Assembly (NCBI GenBank): GCA_002376865.1
Contig: DFOU01000011.1
Coordinates: 16,969-80,968 of the forward strand
Direction of reading: 5' to 3'
DNA length: 64,000 bases
Origin: Patescibacteria group bacterium UBA3533
GTDB taxonomy: Bacteria > Patescibacteriota > Minisyncoccia > Phycocordibacterales > Phycocordibacteraceae
The notes below the pieces were generated by a model. The model saw nothing but the letters and a program-made list of their open reading frames with translations, was not told the DNA's origin and ran no database searches. Position numbers and translations under genes: made by a program. Of the stretch, positions 55,109 to 64,000 are shown in pieces (within the stretch, counting starts at the first letter, position 1; each line of letters begins with the position of its first letter).

Positions 55109-56203
55109 TTATCGATTCATCGGCATTACAATATACGTAAATGTAGTGTCTCCCACCCCCTGAATAAGAAGTGGCTTCCCAGGACCTGCAAATGAGAATT
55201 GCGTACTATCTGAATTAATAACTCCATATACTTCAGATACATACCTGTGGTTAAAGTTCATAGAAATATCATCTCCTTCAAGAGCAGCTTGTACTGTCTC
55301 TACTGTCTCTCCCGTATCCATGTTCTGAGCGAGCAAAATAAACTTCTTTCCTTCAGGAGATACATCCACCGTTACCTTTGAGAAACTGTCGCTAAAGATA
55401 GCAACGGTCTTTAGAGCATCTAAAAGATCTTGCGTAAGGATAGTTGCGTGCGTTGTAAAGCTCTTTGGAAGGATTTGTGTGTAGTCGGGGAAGTTTCCAG
55501 TTGTAAGTCGTGAAGTAACAAATCCTTTTCCAGTATCAAATGTCACATGATGCTCATCAAGTGATACAGAAACAGTATCTGCTCCATCTAAAATAGAAAT
55601 AATATCGGGTACATTTCGTGCTGGCACCAAAATAGGATCAAATTCAGTACTTTTATCTACAGGAACCTTCTTTTCAGCAAGGCGGAATGAATCAGTTGCA
55701 ACAGAAACAAGTCCTTCATCTGTTCCTTTCAAATAAATAGAAGCGAGCTCAGGTCGAATCATCGATAGAGAGGCGCAAAATGCCACGCTATCAAAACTTT
55801 GAGCTAGTTTAGGACCAGGTATCGTAAAGGTAGTTCCTGATGCTTTAGGAAGGTCTGGGAAGTCTTCTGCAGAGATAGTTTTAATCTTAGTTGAACCAAC
55901 CTTTGTCTTTGCAGTTACGATATCTCCTGATGCTTTTAGAGAAAGAGTCTCATCTCCTTTTAGTGTTCCAACAAAGCTTGTAAGGATAGGTGCTGGGATT
56001 GCTACCTCACCCTCTTCAGTTACCTTTCCAGGCAATACAAACTCAATACCAACTTCTAGGTTTGTTGCTCTCACCATCACCTTATTGTCTTTTGCAATTA
56101 GAACAACACAACCTAGTACAGGCAGTTGAGGATTTTTTTGTACAACGCGTGCAGCTCCTTTCACTGCATGTTGTATATCCCTGTGCTTAATTTCTATATA
56201 CAT
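55109..56203 (-). CDS. dnaN: DNA polymerase III beta clamp
   Basis: ATNLE, ATDSFRL, FPDY, MPM. Confidence 0.97.
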   Translation of the reverse strand: MYIEIKHRDIQHAVKGAARVVQKNPQLPVLGCVVLIAKDNKVMVRATNLEVGIEFVLPGKVTEEGEVAIPAPILTSFVGTLKGDETLSLKASGDIVTAKTKVGSTKIKTISAEDFPDLPKASGTTFTIPGPKLAQSFDSVAFCASLSMIRPELASIYLKGTDEGLVSVATDSFRLAEKKVPVDKSTEFDPILVPARNVPDIISILDGADTVSVSLDEHHVTFDTGKGFVTSRLTTGNFPDYTQILPKSFTTHATILTQDLLDALKTVAIFSDSFSKVTVDVSPEGKKFILLAQNMDTGETVETVQAALEGDDISMNFNHRYVSEVYGVINSDSTQFSFAGPGKPLLIQGVGDTTFTYIVMPMNR

Positions 56204-56434
56204 AAGTTATTGTTGTTATTAGTACTGTGGAGAGGTGGAAAAGTCTTTTATATCCCTCTATTCTCCCCTCCTTCTCTCCTGCTCCCTGTTGATAGTGTTG
56301 TGTTCCCAGAAAATATTTTTGTGTATAATTTTTCTTTTTTTAAAGTCGGTGTGGAAAAGGTCATTTTTGTTAGATTGTTATCCCAGTCTTTTTTATTTCT
56401 TTTCCACAGTACTTTACCCACAGTATCCCCAGGG
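56204..56434. other. Replication origin oriC (dnaA-dnaN intergenic)
   Basis: DnaA-box-like 9-mers at 56226, 56234, 56287, 56320 (TTATACACA on minus), 56350, 56400, 56414, 56423; AT-rich tracts. Confidence 0.85.
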
Positions 56435-57790
56435 TTATACGAGTAATCCTCGTACCTGATCGACTTCCTCACTGAGGGCAGTATCAGTGAGAAGCTCTCT
56501 CTTAATCTTCTCACATGAGTGGATTACGGTTGTATGGTCCCTTCCGCCAAGCTTACTTCCAATAGTTGGGTACGACACACTGAAATCTTCTCGGAGGATA
56601 TACATAATTACCTGCCGAGGGCGTACCACCTCCCTCCTTCTTGTCTTCTCATAGATTGATTCCTCATCAATTCCGTAGAATTCAGCAATCTTAGAGACGA
56701 TGTTCTTAACAGAGATCGATCGCTGAGGCTTACTAATGGTTTTAAGGATGTGTTTTACGTCATTTAGACTTGGTGTCTCCCCTTTTAGCTGTGCTTGGCA
56801 CACAATACTGTTTAATATTCCCTCAAGTTCTCGAATACTCCCCTTTGCAGAGGTTGCAATGAACTCAATTGTCTCCTCAGGCAATACAATTCCATGTTGT
56901 GTTGCCTTCTTTCGAAGGATTGAGATACGAGAATCAGTATCTGGCTCTCCAATATCTACAATCATTCCCATTGAGAAGCGAGTTTGCAGCCTATCTGCAA
57001 TCTCAGGGATGTGATTAGGGTTTCGATCTGATGAGAAAACAATTTGTTTGTTGTTATCGTGTAGATAATTAAACAAATGGAACAATTCTTCCTGTGTTTT
57101 CTCCATTTTGGCGATAAATTGAATATCGTCCATGATAAGAAGGTCATATTGACGGTACTTCTCCTTAAATCTATTTGCCGTTCCGTTTGCAACGGCACTT
57201 TGGAACTCATGAGCGAACTTCTCAGATGCTAGGTAGAAGACTTTTCGGTTTGGATACAGTCTTTTGTATTCATTTCCAATAGATTGGATAAGGTGAGTCT
57301 TCCCTCTTCCTGTGTCTCCATAGATAAATAGAGGGTTGTACGTTATTCCAGGTCTTTTAACTGAAGCATTTGCTGCAGCATATGCCAATTCATTAAAAGA
57401 ACCCACAACAAACGAATCAAACGTATATCGTGGGTTTAGATTGTCACTCTTGTTGATGTAGTACTGCTCAAGAGGAAGCTCTCCTGTAGCATTCTTGGTC
57501 TTATATGAGCGGTCTGCGTGCCTTCTCTTCTCGTCTCGTACAATAATGTACTCAATATTTCGTATATCCTCACTAATTCCAAGCACAATTTGTAAAAGAA
57601 GCTTATGGAATTTCTTTATGTACCAGTCTTTAAAGAATTGAGATGGCACTCCAATGTAGACAACGCTGTCATCTATCCGTACAATACCGCTGTCCTTAAA
57701 CCATGTGTTGAAGTTGGCAGATGAAATAGAGAGTTCAACCTGAGCTAATATTTTTTCCCACAATTCACGCGTATCAATCTGAGTGTTCAT
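56435..57790 (-). CDS. dnaA: Chromosomal replication initiator DnaA
   Basis: YTFDSFVVG, NPLFIYG..GRGKTHL, DDIQF, GRDHTTV. Confidence 0.98.
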   Translation of the reverse strand: MNTQIDTRELWEKILAQVELSISSANFNTWFKDSGIVRIDDSVVYIGVPSQFFKDWYIKKFHKLLLQIVLGISEDIRNIEYIIVRDEKRRHADRSYKTKNATGELPLEQYYINKSDNLNPRYTFDSFVVGSFNELAYAAANASVKRPGITYNPLFIYGDTGRGKTHLIQSIGNEYKRLYPNRKVFYLASEKFAHEFQSAVANGTANRFKEKYRQYDLLIMDDIQFIAKMEKTQEELFHLFNYLHDNNKQIVFSSDRNPNHIPEIADRLQTRFSMGMIVDIGEPDTDSRISILRKKATQHGIVLPEETIEFIATSAKGSIRELEGILNSIVCQAQLKGETPSLNDVKHILKTISKPQRSISVKNIVSKIAEFYGIDEESIYEKTRRREVVRPRQVIMYILREDFSVSYPTIGSKLGGRDHTTVIHSCEKIKRELLTDTALSEEVDQVRGLLV

Positions 57791-57889
57791 AACAATGTAT
57801 TATAAAGATCTGAGCGGAAGTTTAAAGGCCTAGAAAAAACCCTGATTCATTGCCAAATTTTTAACAACCTGTTAGTATCCTGTGGATAT

Positions 57890-58036
57890 ATGCCAAAGCG
57901 AACATACCAACCAAATAAGAGGAAGCGAGCCAAGACACATGGTTTCCTTTCACGAACCGCTTCCCCAACTGGGAAAAACGTACTAAAAGCGCGACGACGT
58001 AAGGGTCGAGCAAGTCTTTCAGTATCTTCTAAATAA
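57890..58036 (+). CDS. rpmH: 50S ribosomal protein L34
   Basis: Manual translation [48 protein letters not shown]. Confidence 0.96.
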   Translation: MPKRTYQPNKRKRAKTHGFLSRTASPTGKNVLKARRRKGRASLSVSSK

Positions 58037-58347
58037 TGCTTAAGAAGGAACAACGTCTTAGTCGAGATAAGTTCAATAGCATCTTTGCAAGTGGAAAACG
58101 CATCCATAGTGATGCGTTTTCGCTTATATACTCCCCTACTACGGATGTGCCGTGTGCTTCTGTTGTTGTTTCTAAAAAGGTTGCAGGAGGAGTTATTGCT
58201 CGCAACTTACTAAAGCGAAAACTCTATAATGTTATTAAAACAAACTTAGTGCACGACACCATTTTGCTTACAAAGAAAGGAATTAAAGGCAAAAGTTTTG
58301 AGGAACTTGTAGAAATTTATAACGACCTGCTTACAAAAGCGAAATAA
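58036..58347 (+). CDS. rnpA: Ribonuclease P protein component
   Basis: VVSKKV...RN.LKR; lies between rpmH and yidC. Confidence 0.9.
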   Translation: MLKKEQRLSRDKFNSIFASGKRIHSDAFSLIYSPTTDVPCASVVVSKKVAGGVIARNLLKRKLYNVIKTNLVHDTILLTKKGIKGKSFEELVEIYNDLLTKAK

Positions 58348-58365
58348 GGTAGAATACATCTCACT

Positions 58366-59133
58366 ATGATCGGAAACATTTTTCACGCAGTAGCGTACGA
58401 CCCTATTTATAACCTTTTAGTATTTCTTGTAGACGTTATCCCTGGAGGTGATGTAGGTCTTGCGGTAGTTTTAGCTACTGTTGTGGTGAAGATTGTTCTC
58501 TTCCCTCTTTCGCTCTCTGCCGTACGTACGCAGATGGTGATGAAGATTGCGCAGCCTAAAATTAAAGAGATTCAGGAGCGTCTAAAGGATAAGCGAGAAG
58601 AAATGGCAAAAGAGCTTATGGCTCTCTATAAGGAGTATAAGATTAATCCTTTCTCATCTCTCCTACTCTTCCTTATCCAGATCCCTATTATTATCGCCCT
58701 GTACCTCGTGTTCCTTCGAGAAGCCTTTCCAGAGGTAAATGTAGATCTTCTCTATTCATTTGTTGCTATTCCAGAGGTCATAAGTCTTCAGTTCCTAGGA
58801 TTTATTGATGTAACAGGACGAAGTATCATCCTCGCACTTCTTGCAGGTATTACAGCTTATTTCCAGGTTCGTTTTGCGATGCCAGCTCCAGGACCACGGA
58901 AAGAAAATGCGTCTATGAAAGACGACATGATTCGAAACCTACAGATTCAGATGCGATTTATGATGCCTGTGCTTATTACAATCTTTGCATATGTAATTTC
59001 AGCTGCGGTGGCTCTCTATTTTGTTGCAAGCAACCTCTTTGCAATTGGACAAGAGCTTTATATGCGTCAGACAGTAAAGAAGGAAAAGAAAGAAGAGGAA
59101 GGAATTGTGGATGCTGAGGTGAAGGAAGTTTAA
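58366..59133 (+). CDS. yidC: Membrane protein insertase YidC
   Basis: QPKIKEIQ, LYKE..INPF, QIPI, ALYF. Confidence 0.95.
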   Translation: MIGNIFHAVAYDPIYNLLVFLVDVIPGGDVGLAVVLATVVVKIVLFPLSLSAVRTQMVMKIAQPKIKEIQERLKDKREEMAKELMALYKEYKINPFSSLLLFLIQIPIIIALYLVFLREAFPEVNVDLLYSFVAIPEVISLQFLGFIDVTGRSIILALLAGITAYFQVRFAMPAPGPRKENASMKDDMIRNLQIQMRFMMPVLITIFAYVISAAVALYFVASNLFAIGQELYMRQTVKKEKKEEEGIVDAEVKEV

Positions 59134-59201
59134 GTTCTTTACAAAAAAATTATTCTATGTGACATTGCACCTAGCAAAGGCTCTTTAGAAGGAAGAGAAC
59201 A

Positions 59202-59510
59202 ATGGAAAAATATAGAATCTTTTTTCCACTTGGTATTTCGCGGGTAAAAAAAGAAGAAGATATAAAAGGACTGCGAGATATTCTTGGTAAATTTGAGTTT
59301 CTTGGTGTGAATGTTTCTCGAACCTCAGAGACAGCTTTCTCGATTAGCCTCAATCGTACGAAAGTTCCAACAGCTCGTAGTGGACTAAAGGACATTAGTG
59401 AGACTGTTGGAGGTCTTGTTGGAGACAGCCTACGTTTGATGTTTGGCCAGAAAATCAAAATCTTATCTCCGAGGGAAAATGGTGTAGAAGTCGTTTTTTA
59501 CAAAGAGTGA
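59202..59510 (+). CDS. Hypothetical protein
   Basis: AAGGAAG leader; bidirectional terminator 59519-59556. Confidence 0.55.
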   Translation: MEKYRIFFPLGISRVKKEEDIKGLRDILGKFEFLGVNVSRTSETAFSISLNRTKVPTARSGLKDISETVGGLVGDSLRLMFGQKIKILSPRENGVEVVFYKE

Positions 59511-59558
59511 CAATCAGACAAAAACGCCTCATGTTACTTAACATGAGGCGTTTTTCTT

Positions 59559-60746
59559 TTAGAGATCAAATCCCCAAAGAGTGCCGTCTCTCCTGTTGAT
59601 GAAGGTTAGATAATCTTCATCCTCATCTACCGAAAGGTTAATTCCATCAAATGGCCCGCTCTCATCAAAGAATGCAATTGCTCGTGCTGTTCCAAGAGCA
59701 GCATTAATGCGCCACAGAGAGTCAGTAAATGAAATATATCCTTGGTACCAGTGCTCTGGATAGTTTGCAGGAGGTATGATCTCAGGAACCATACAATAGA
59801 GTGTTGTCTCATCTCCCCACACACACTTCTCAGGAAGTACTGCAAGCGGCAGTGCTTTTATTTCATCATCTCCCCTATCGTAGAGAGCTGATGTGTATGA
59901 CCTGTCTGAAGACTCGCTAAATACTACAAACTCTCCCGCTTCATTTGGAAGTGCGGTAAGTCCATTGATTCCTCCAAGGATTCGCTTCTGCGATCCATTT
60001 TCATAAAAATAAAGTGCGCCAGCGAGCGTGCTTACTGGCTTGGTAAGAACAGCAGCAAAAGACTCAGCAAACGAAGGAACAAGAATGCTTAGAAGATTGC
60101 TTTCAAATGAAAGACTCTCCCCTCTTCCTTCATTGTCTGAGATAAACCCTTCGCTTCCCCTCTCTGTTGTATGAACAGAAAGAAGTGAGTCATTAAATGT
60201 TTGCACTGCAGGTAAATCAACATCAAGGTATGAGCCATTGAGTGATCCTCCAGCAAGATCTCCAAGGTATGTTTCTATCTCTCCATCTCCATTCACGTAT
60301 CTAAAGACAACTTTGCTTGGATCGTTAAACCAGTGGACGTCCTGGATACCTGGGAAGGTTGTATTTGAAGTTCTTTCAGCTGTATTTTCTTCTGGATCGT
60401 ATGAGAAGACGTGCCCTGTTTGTTTGTCTACATACTGCACAACTGGTGTGCGTACAGACTCTGTTGTGCTCCCTACCGTTACTTCTATCTCATTTGTTCG
60501 AACAATAACTCCAGCTACAGGAGCTTCATGAATTTGTGTGAGAATAGTTTTTTCCTGTATTGGAGTGTCGTCAACAACAAAATCGATGTTGTCATCCTCT
60601 GGAATAGTTATAGGAGATCCTCCAGAACCAAATGATGGATTATTGTTTGGTGTTCCTGAAGTATCTCGAAGGACAAAGAAGTACACTCCCCCTGCAAGAA
60701 GGACGAAGAGAAGAATTATTCCTAAAAAGATTGCGATTCGGTTCAT
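59559..60746 (-). CDS. Membrane-anchored beta-propeller-like hypothetical protein
   Basis: N-terminal TM and beta-rich body; co-oriented with pilin. Confidence 0.75.
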   Translation of the reverse strand: MNRIAIFLGIILLFVLLAGGVYFFVLRDTSGTPNNNPSFGSGGSPITIPEDDNIDFVVDDTPIQEKTILTQIHEAPVAGVIVRTNEIEVTVGSTTESVRTPVVQYVDKQTGHVFSYDPEENTAERTSNTTFPGIQDVHWFNDPSKVVFRYVNGDGEIETYLGDLAGGSLNGSYLDVDLPAVQTFNDSLLSVHTTERGSEGFISDNEGRGESLSFESNLLSILVPSFAESFAAVLTKPVSTLAGALYFYENGSQKRILGGINGLTALPNEAGEFVVFSESSDRSYTSALYDRGDDEIKALPLAVLPEKCVWGDETTLYCMVPEIIPPANYPEHWYQGYISFTDSLWRINAALGTARAIAFFDESGPFDGINLSVDEDEDYLTFINRRDGTLWGFDL

Positions 60747-60749
60747 GTT

Positions 60750-61679
60750 TTAAAATAGTCCACACCTAACACCTCCACTTCCTCCAACAATTTCTAATCT
60801 TTCAACAATACTGTCTCCAACTCGTGTTCGTGTTGTCGGCATGAGCTCAAGAATTCCTGCATGGAGAAGTTCCGTAACTTTATTGTCTGCCCAAGTACTA
60901 TTAGCATTTTCATCAATTTGATTACACAGCCCAGCTTTTACACGACCAGTAATATTAATGGCTGCACCCTGTATAACTGTCCCAAGTTCGTTATCTAAAT
61001 AAATATCAGCTTTAACAGCAATATTTATTGTTCTCTGGTCACAAAAGACTTCATTGTGTGTTCCTCCATCAGCTCTTACTCTTCTGCTGTCCAGCAAACC
61101 TTCTGTACTAGAGCAACATCTCGCAAGTTCAGTATGAGACATGTCTTCTACGGTCGGTAGGTGACCATCTCTTTCTGGCCCAATAACATTCTGTTTGTTG
61201 CCCCTCCAAGCGACATCAGTACATGCAGCAGAAATGGTTCCTTCAACTCCTCCAGGACCTCCTACTCCATTATCAATAGGGTTTCTTCCGTATTTGTCAG
61301 GATCAAGATTATCTAAATTGAAATTAAGATTCAAAATATCTTGATTGATAACTCCAAATACAATAACTGGAGAAAGCAGAAGCAGAAGTCCAAGGATTGC
61401 TCTTTGGATATCTTCTCTTCCTGCACTCTTTTCCCCCACCGCCTCACTTGTCATGTATCTAAATCCTCCATACATAATGATAAGTACTGCAAGAATAGCT
61501 CCAAGACCAACTCCATACTGATAGAGTTGATTTACAAATGAACCGATGTTCTCTTGGTTTCCTGTTTCTACACCAATGTCAGTTAAAGGTTCTACAGTAA
61601 TAGCGCCTTGTGCGAGAGCTTCTGCGCCAAAAAGAAGTGCAAGTGCAAGAAGTCCGAATGTATAAAGTGTTGCTTTCAT
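60750..61679 (-). CDS. VirB2/TrbC-type (T4SS) pilin with C-terminal Cys-containing domain
   Basis: Signal peptide; LAVLIIMYGGFRYMTS...AILGLLLLL...IN pilin signature. Confidence 0.8.
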   Translation of the reverse strand: MKATLYTFGLLALALLFGAEALAQGAITVEPLTDIGVETGNQENIGSFVNQLYQYGVGLGAILAVLIIMYGGFRYMTSEAVGEKSAGREDIQRAILGLLLLLSPVIVFGVINQDILNLNFNLDNLDPDKYGRNPIDNGVGGPGGVEGTISAACTDVAWRGNKQNVIGPERDGHLPTVEDMSHTELARCCSSTEGLLDSRRVRADGGTHNEVFCDQRTINIAVKADIYLDNELGTVIQGAAINITGRVKAGLCNQIDENANSTWADNKVTELLHAGILELMPTTRTRVGDSIVERLEIVGGSGGVRCGLF

Positions 61680-61680
61680 A

Positions 61681-62679
61681 TTAGAAATTAAATAATCCTG
61701 AATTTTCAATACCAAAAGTAAATGCTGCTGAATCACTTCCTTGGATAACCACTTCCTTAGGGTGTTCGATTGAAACACTTACCTGTGCTTTCCCTCTTCC
61801 ATTCCCTGCTTGGCGAAGGGTGATGGTTCCAAGGTCATCATTGGTGCTTTCTACTGTCTTTCCATTTAACTTCCACTTATATGTAATAGGAAGAGAGCTT
61901 CTGTATGTCCCCGGTACATAAAATGGCTCTGCATTAATTGTAACCTCTTCTTCTGCAAGCTCTGATTCGTTTGCCAAGATACTCGCAGTACTTAGTCCAA
62001 GAAGTGGGTTAATGGCATAGAGTAGCACCTGAGGAGTTTCAGTTTTTAGAGAAACAACCTCTCTTCCTTGTACTTTTCCATCAGCACTTTCTACGTCTAC
62101 ACGAACTTCAAGCCTTCTGCTGTATGGAGCCGCGGTTGTCTTTAGAATGTTTCGTCCAGCGCCAGATAGTGATCCTTGCACGGTTCCATTTACACGCCAT
62201 GTGTAGATAAAATCTTCAGCATCGTATCCATTTCCAAAAAACGGGGTTGCAACAACACGAATAGGTGCCTCATGTGTAGGAAGAGCCCTTCCTTTATATA
62301 GTGGTGGTGTGTAGGTGTTGGGTTCAACAATAAGATCAATTGCAGATGTGGTTATGGCAGTGCTGTGAGAGATAGTTTCCCCTCCCCTTGTTGCGGTAAA
62401 GGCAACAGTTTTTCTTTCTCCAACATCTCCTGCAATTACCTCAATACTTTTTATTCCCTTCCCCTCCTTTACAATCTCCCCATCAACTCTCCAGGTTGTA
62501 TATGCTCGAGAAATATCAAAAGAGTATGTCTCTGCAAAGACAGTAACCACTTCTCCTGTGTCAGGGAATTGAGGATTTATTTCAAAATCAAAGGCACGCT
62601 CCACCTGCGCTGCAGCAGGTAATGCGCTCAAAAGAGAAAGTACTAAAAGTGCACTAAAAATCCGTACAAGTGCTTGCAT
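61681..62679 (-). CDS. Secreted protein with Ig-like repeats
   Basis: Signal peptide; repeated Y.W.VNG/LNG. Confidence 0.75.
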   Translation of the reverse strand: MQALVRIFSALLVLSLLSALPAAAQVERAFDFEINPQFPDTGEVVTVFAETYSFDISRAYTTWRVDGEIVKEGKGIKSIEVIAGDVGERKTVAFTATRGGETISHSTAITTSAIDLIVEPNTYTPPLYKGRALPTHEAPIRVVATPFFGNGYDAEDFIYTWRVNGTVQGSLSGAGRNILKTTAAPYSRRLEVRVDVESADGKVQGREVVSLKTETPQVLLYAINPLLGLSTASILANESELAEEEVTINAEPFYVPGTYRSSLPITYKWKLNGKTVESTNDDLGTITLRQAGNGRGKAQVSVSIEHPKEVVIQGSDSAAFTFGIENSGLFNF

Positions 62680-62727
62680 ATAGTGCTATGGTAGCACGCA
62701 CTACAGAAGAAAAAGTGTGGTTTTCAA

Positions 62728-63201
62728 CTATGCTGCTCGCTTCTGCTCCTCCTCTTTTTGATTATCATTTGCGGCCTTGGCAACTTTGCTTACAACTTTT
62801 CCCGCTGGAGTTGCTTTAAGTAAGAAATCAGGCACAAGTGATGCAGGAAATCCTTTTGATCCATTTGCTTCAATTAGTGTAAAGAGAACTGATCCTGAAA
62901 GAATTGGCATTGCTGTCAAAAAAGGTAGTGCTTCAAGCAATAGCCCCCCAGTTCGTGAAAGGAATGACATTGGTTTCTTAATATTGAAAAATTGTACGTT
63001 AAGGAAGGCAAACCAGATTATAAATACCATATACGCAAAGATAGTAACTGGTGTTGTGATTACAAAAACAAGAACTTGGGTTACTACAGTTGGAAGAAAG
63101 CCAAGCATTGTCTCTACAAGCTGGAAAAGATCAAAGAAACCAGCGACAAGTAGCATTGCGCTAGCAGGAAGCATTCCTATTTTTGGTTTATTAGGCTCCA
63201 T
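62728..63201 (-). CDS. Multi-TM hypothetical protein in VirB4 locus
   Basis: Hydrophobic; D..Q and E.LP motifs; overlaps VirB4 stop. Confidence 0.7.
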   Translation of the reverse strand: MEPNKPKIGMLPASAMLLVAGFFDLFQLVETMLGFLPTVVTQVLVFVITTPVTIFAYMVFIIWFAFLNVQFFNIKKPMSFLSRTGGLLLEALPFLTAMPILSGSVLFTLIEANGSKGFPASLVPDFLLKATPAGKVVSKVAKAANDNQKEEEQKRAA

Positions 63202-64000
63202 TTTGTGGATTTGTTGCAGCTAAGCGCTCCTTTTCGCGCTTTATGGCAAGTAATTGTGATGGATCTGAGGTAATAATCTGATCCTCTGTGTATGAGGCAA
63301 CAATCTTAATAGCTACATGTTTAAGTCCTGCAAAGAATATTCCCTCTCCTACCCCACTTTCAAGAAGCAAGAACTTCTCTTCTTCAGTTAAATTAAAGAT
63401 TTCTTGCAATTGATCAATAACAGTTGGCGACTGCTTCATCAAAAGTTGCATTGAAGAGTTTGAAAGCATTGGTCTTCCGTATGGAGAGTTTAGGAAGTCA
63501 TCTACATCTTGCGTAAGAGCTGCAACTCCAAGGAAGTACTTTCGTCCTCGCTTTGCCATTGAGTAGAGGAAGGATGCGGTGTCCTCATGCTTCATCATCC
63601 ACCATGCCTCATCAATAACAAGAAGTCGTTTCTTGAGATTTCTTCGTACCGCATTCCAAATGTGGTGCGTGATGATGTACATCGCAACAGGCTTAAGGTC
63701 ATCCTCCATGTCTCGCACTGAGAAGACAATAAATTGCTTATTGATGTCGACATTGGTTGGGCGATTTAAGAATCCAGACCATGTTCCTCGTGTGTACTTG
63801 CTTAGTTTTTGCACCAAAGAGTCAGATCCTTCCATCCCAGAGAGCACCATTTCAAAATCTGAGAGAAGTGGCACCTCCATGTTTGAGAAATCAGTCTCAC
63901 CGGTAATGTCTTTAAGTGCATACGTCTCAGATAGCGCCCGATCTACCATCGCATCCTCCTCAGGAGTGAGTCCCCCGAGCATAAGCCGGAATAATCCCAC
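63191..64000 (-). CDS. VirB4-like (DUF87) ATPase, C-terminal part
   Basis: VIDEAW Walker B, KRGRKY, TQDVDDF, GEGIFF. Confidence 0.9.
   Translation of the reverse strand: MGLFRLMLGGLTPEEDAMVDRALSETYALKDITGETDFSNMEVPLLSDFEMVLSGMEGSDSLVQKLSKYTRGTWSGFLNRPTNVDINKQFIVFSVRDMEDDLKPVAMYIITHHIWNAVRRNLKKRLLVIDEAWWMMKHEDTASFLYSMAKRGRKYFLGVAALTQDVDDFLNSPYGRPMLSNSSMQLLMKQSPTVIDQLQEIFNLTEEEKFLLLESGVGEGIFFAGLKHVAIKIVASYTEDQIITSDPSQLLAIKREKERLAATNPQNGA

Noticed and set aside
56126-56514. Short ORFs across the dnaA-dnaN gap
   Set aside because: They overlap the DnaA-box cluster and have low-complexity translations
3539-61778. Upstream-extended starts in the ORF track (e.g. 5542, 14412, 27619, 30948, 40604, 47248, 61778)
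   Set aside because: Extensions run through promoters or neighbouring genes; downstream ATGs match family N-termini
1-64000. CRISPR array, integrase, transposase or reverse transcriptase
   Set aside because: No repeat-spacer periodicity, and no ORF with the corresponding motifs seen
1-64000. Stop-codon reassignment (genetic code 25)
   Set aside because: Conserved genes are intact in code 11 and TGA ends glyQS, tmk and the RluA gene at the expected positions

Overview
Chromosomal origin region of a small-genome bacterium, most likely Patescibacteria/CPR (Parcubacteria-like). Evidence for that placement: a homodimeric GlyRS, pilM/N/O and pilB, a VirB4 plus VirB2-type pilin locus beside dnaA, a short YebC, and no rplA after rplK. 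The window holds dnaA-oriC-dnaN, rpmH-rnpA-yidC, four aminoacyl-tRNA synthetases (IleRS carries an inserted histidine-phosphatase domain), a complete thymidylate cluster, ruvA/B/C/X, polA, six tRNAs (including Arg-GCG) and a probable compact 6S RNA. About 18 short orphan genes are scattered singly or in pairs between core genes. The strongest cross-window pattern is two expression grammars. Most core genes start 6-9 nt after a (TGn)TAnnnT -10 box, so they look leaderless. The orphan genes have 20-35 nt leaders with strong Shine-Dalgarno motifs, often after a shared TACYTT -10 variant. Best candidates for undescribed systems: an AT-rich three-gene PIN-nuclease module (8.9-10.3 kb), a multi-stem RBS-occluding leader RNA with twin ACGAAC hairpins (5.5 kb), and a perfect 32-bp palindrome over the pilB promoter. 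All calls come from reading the sequence by eye; no database searches were run.
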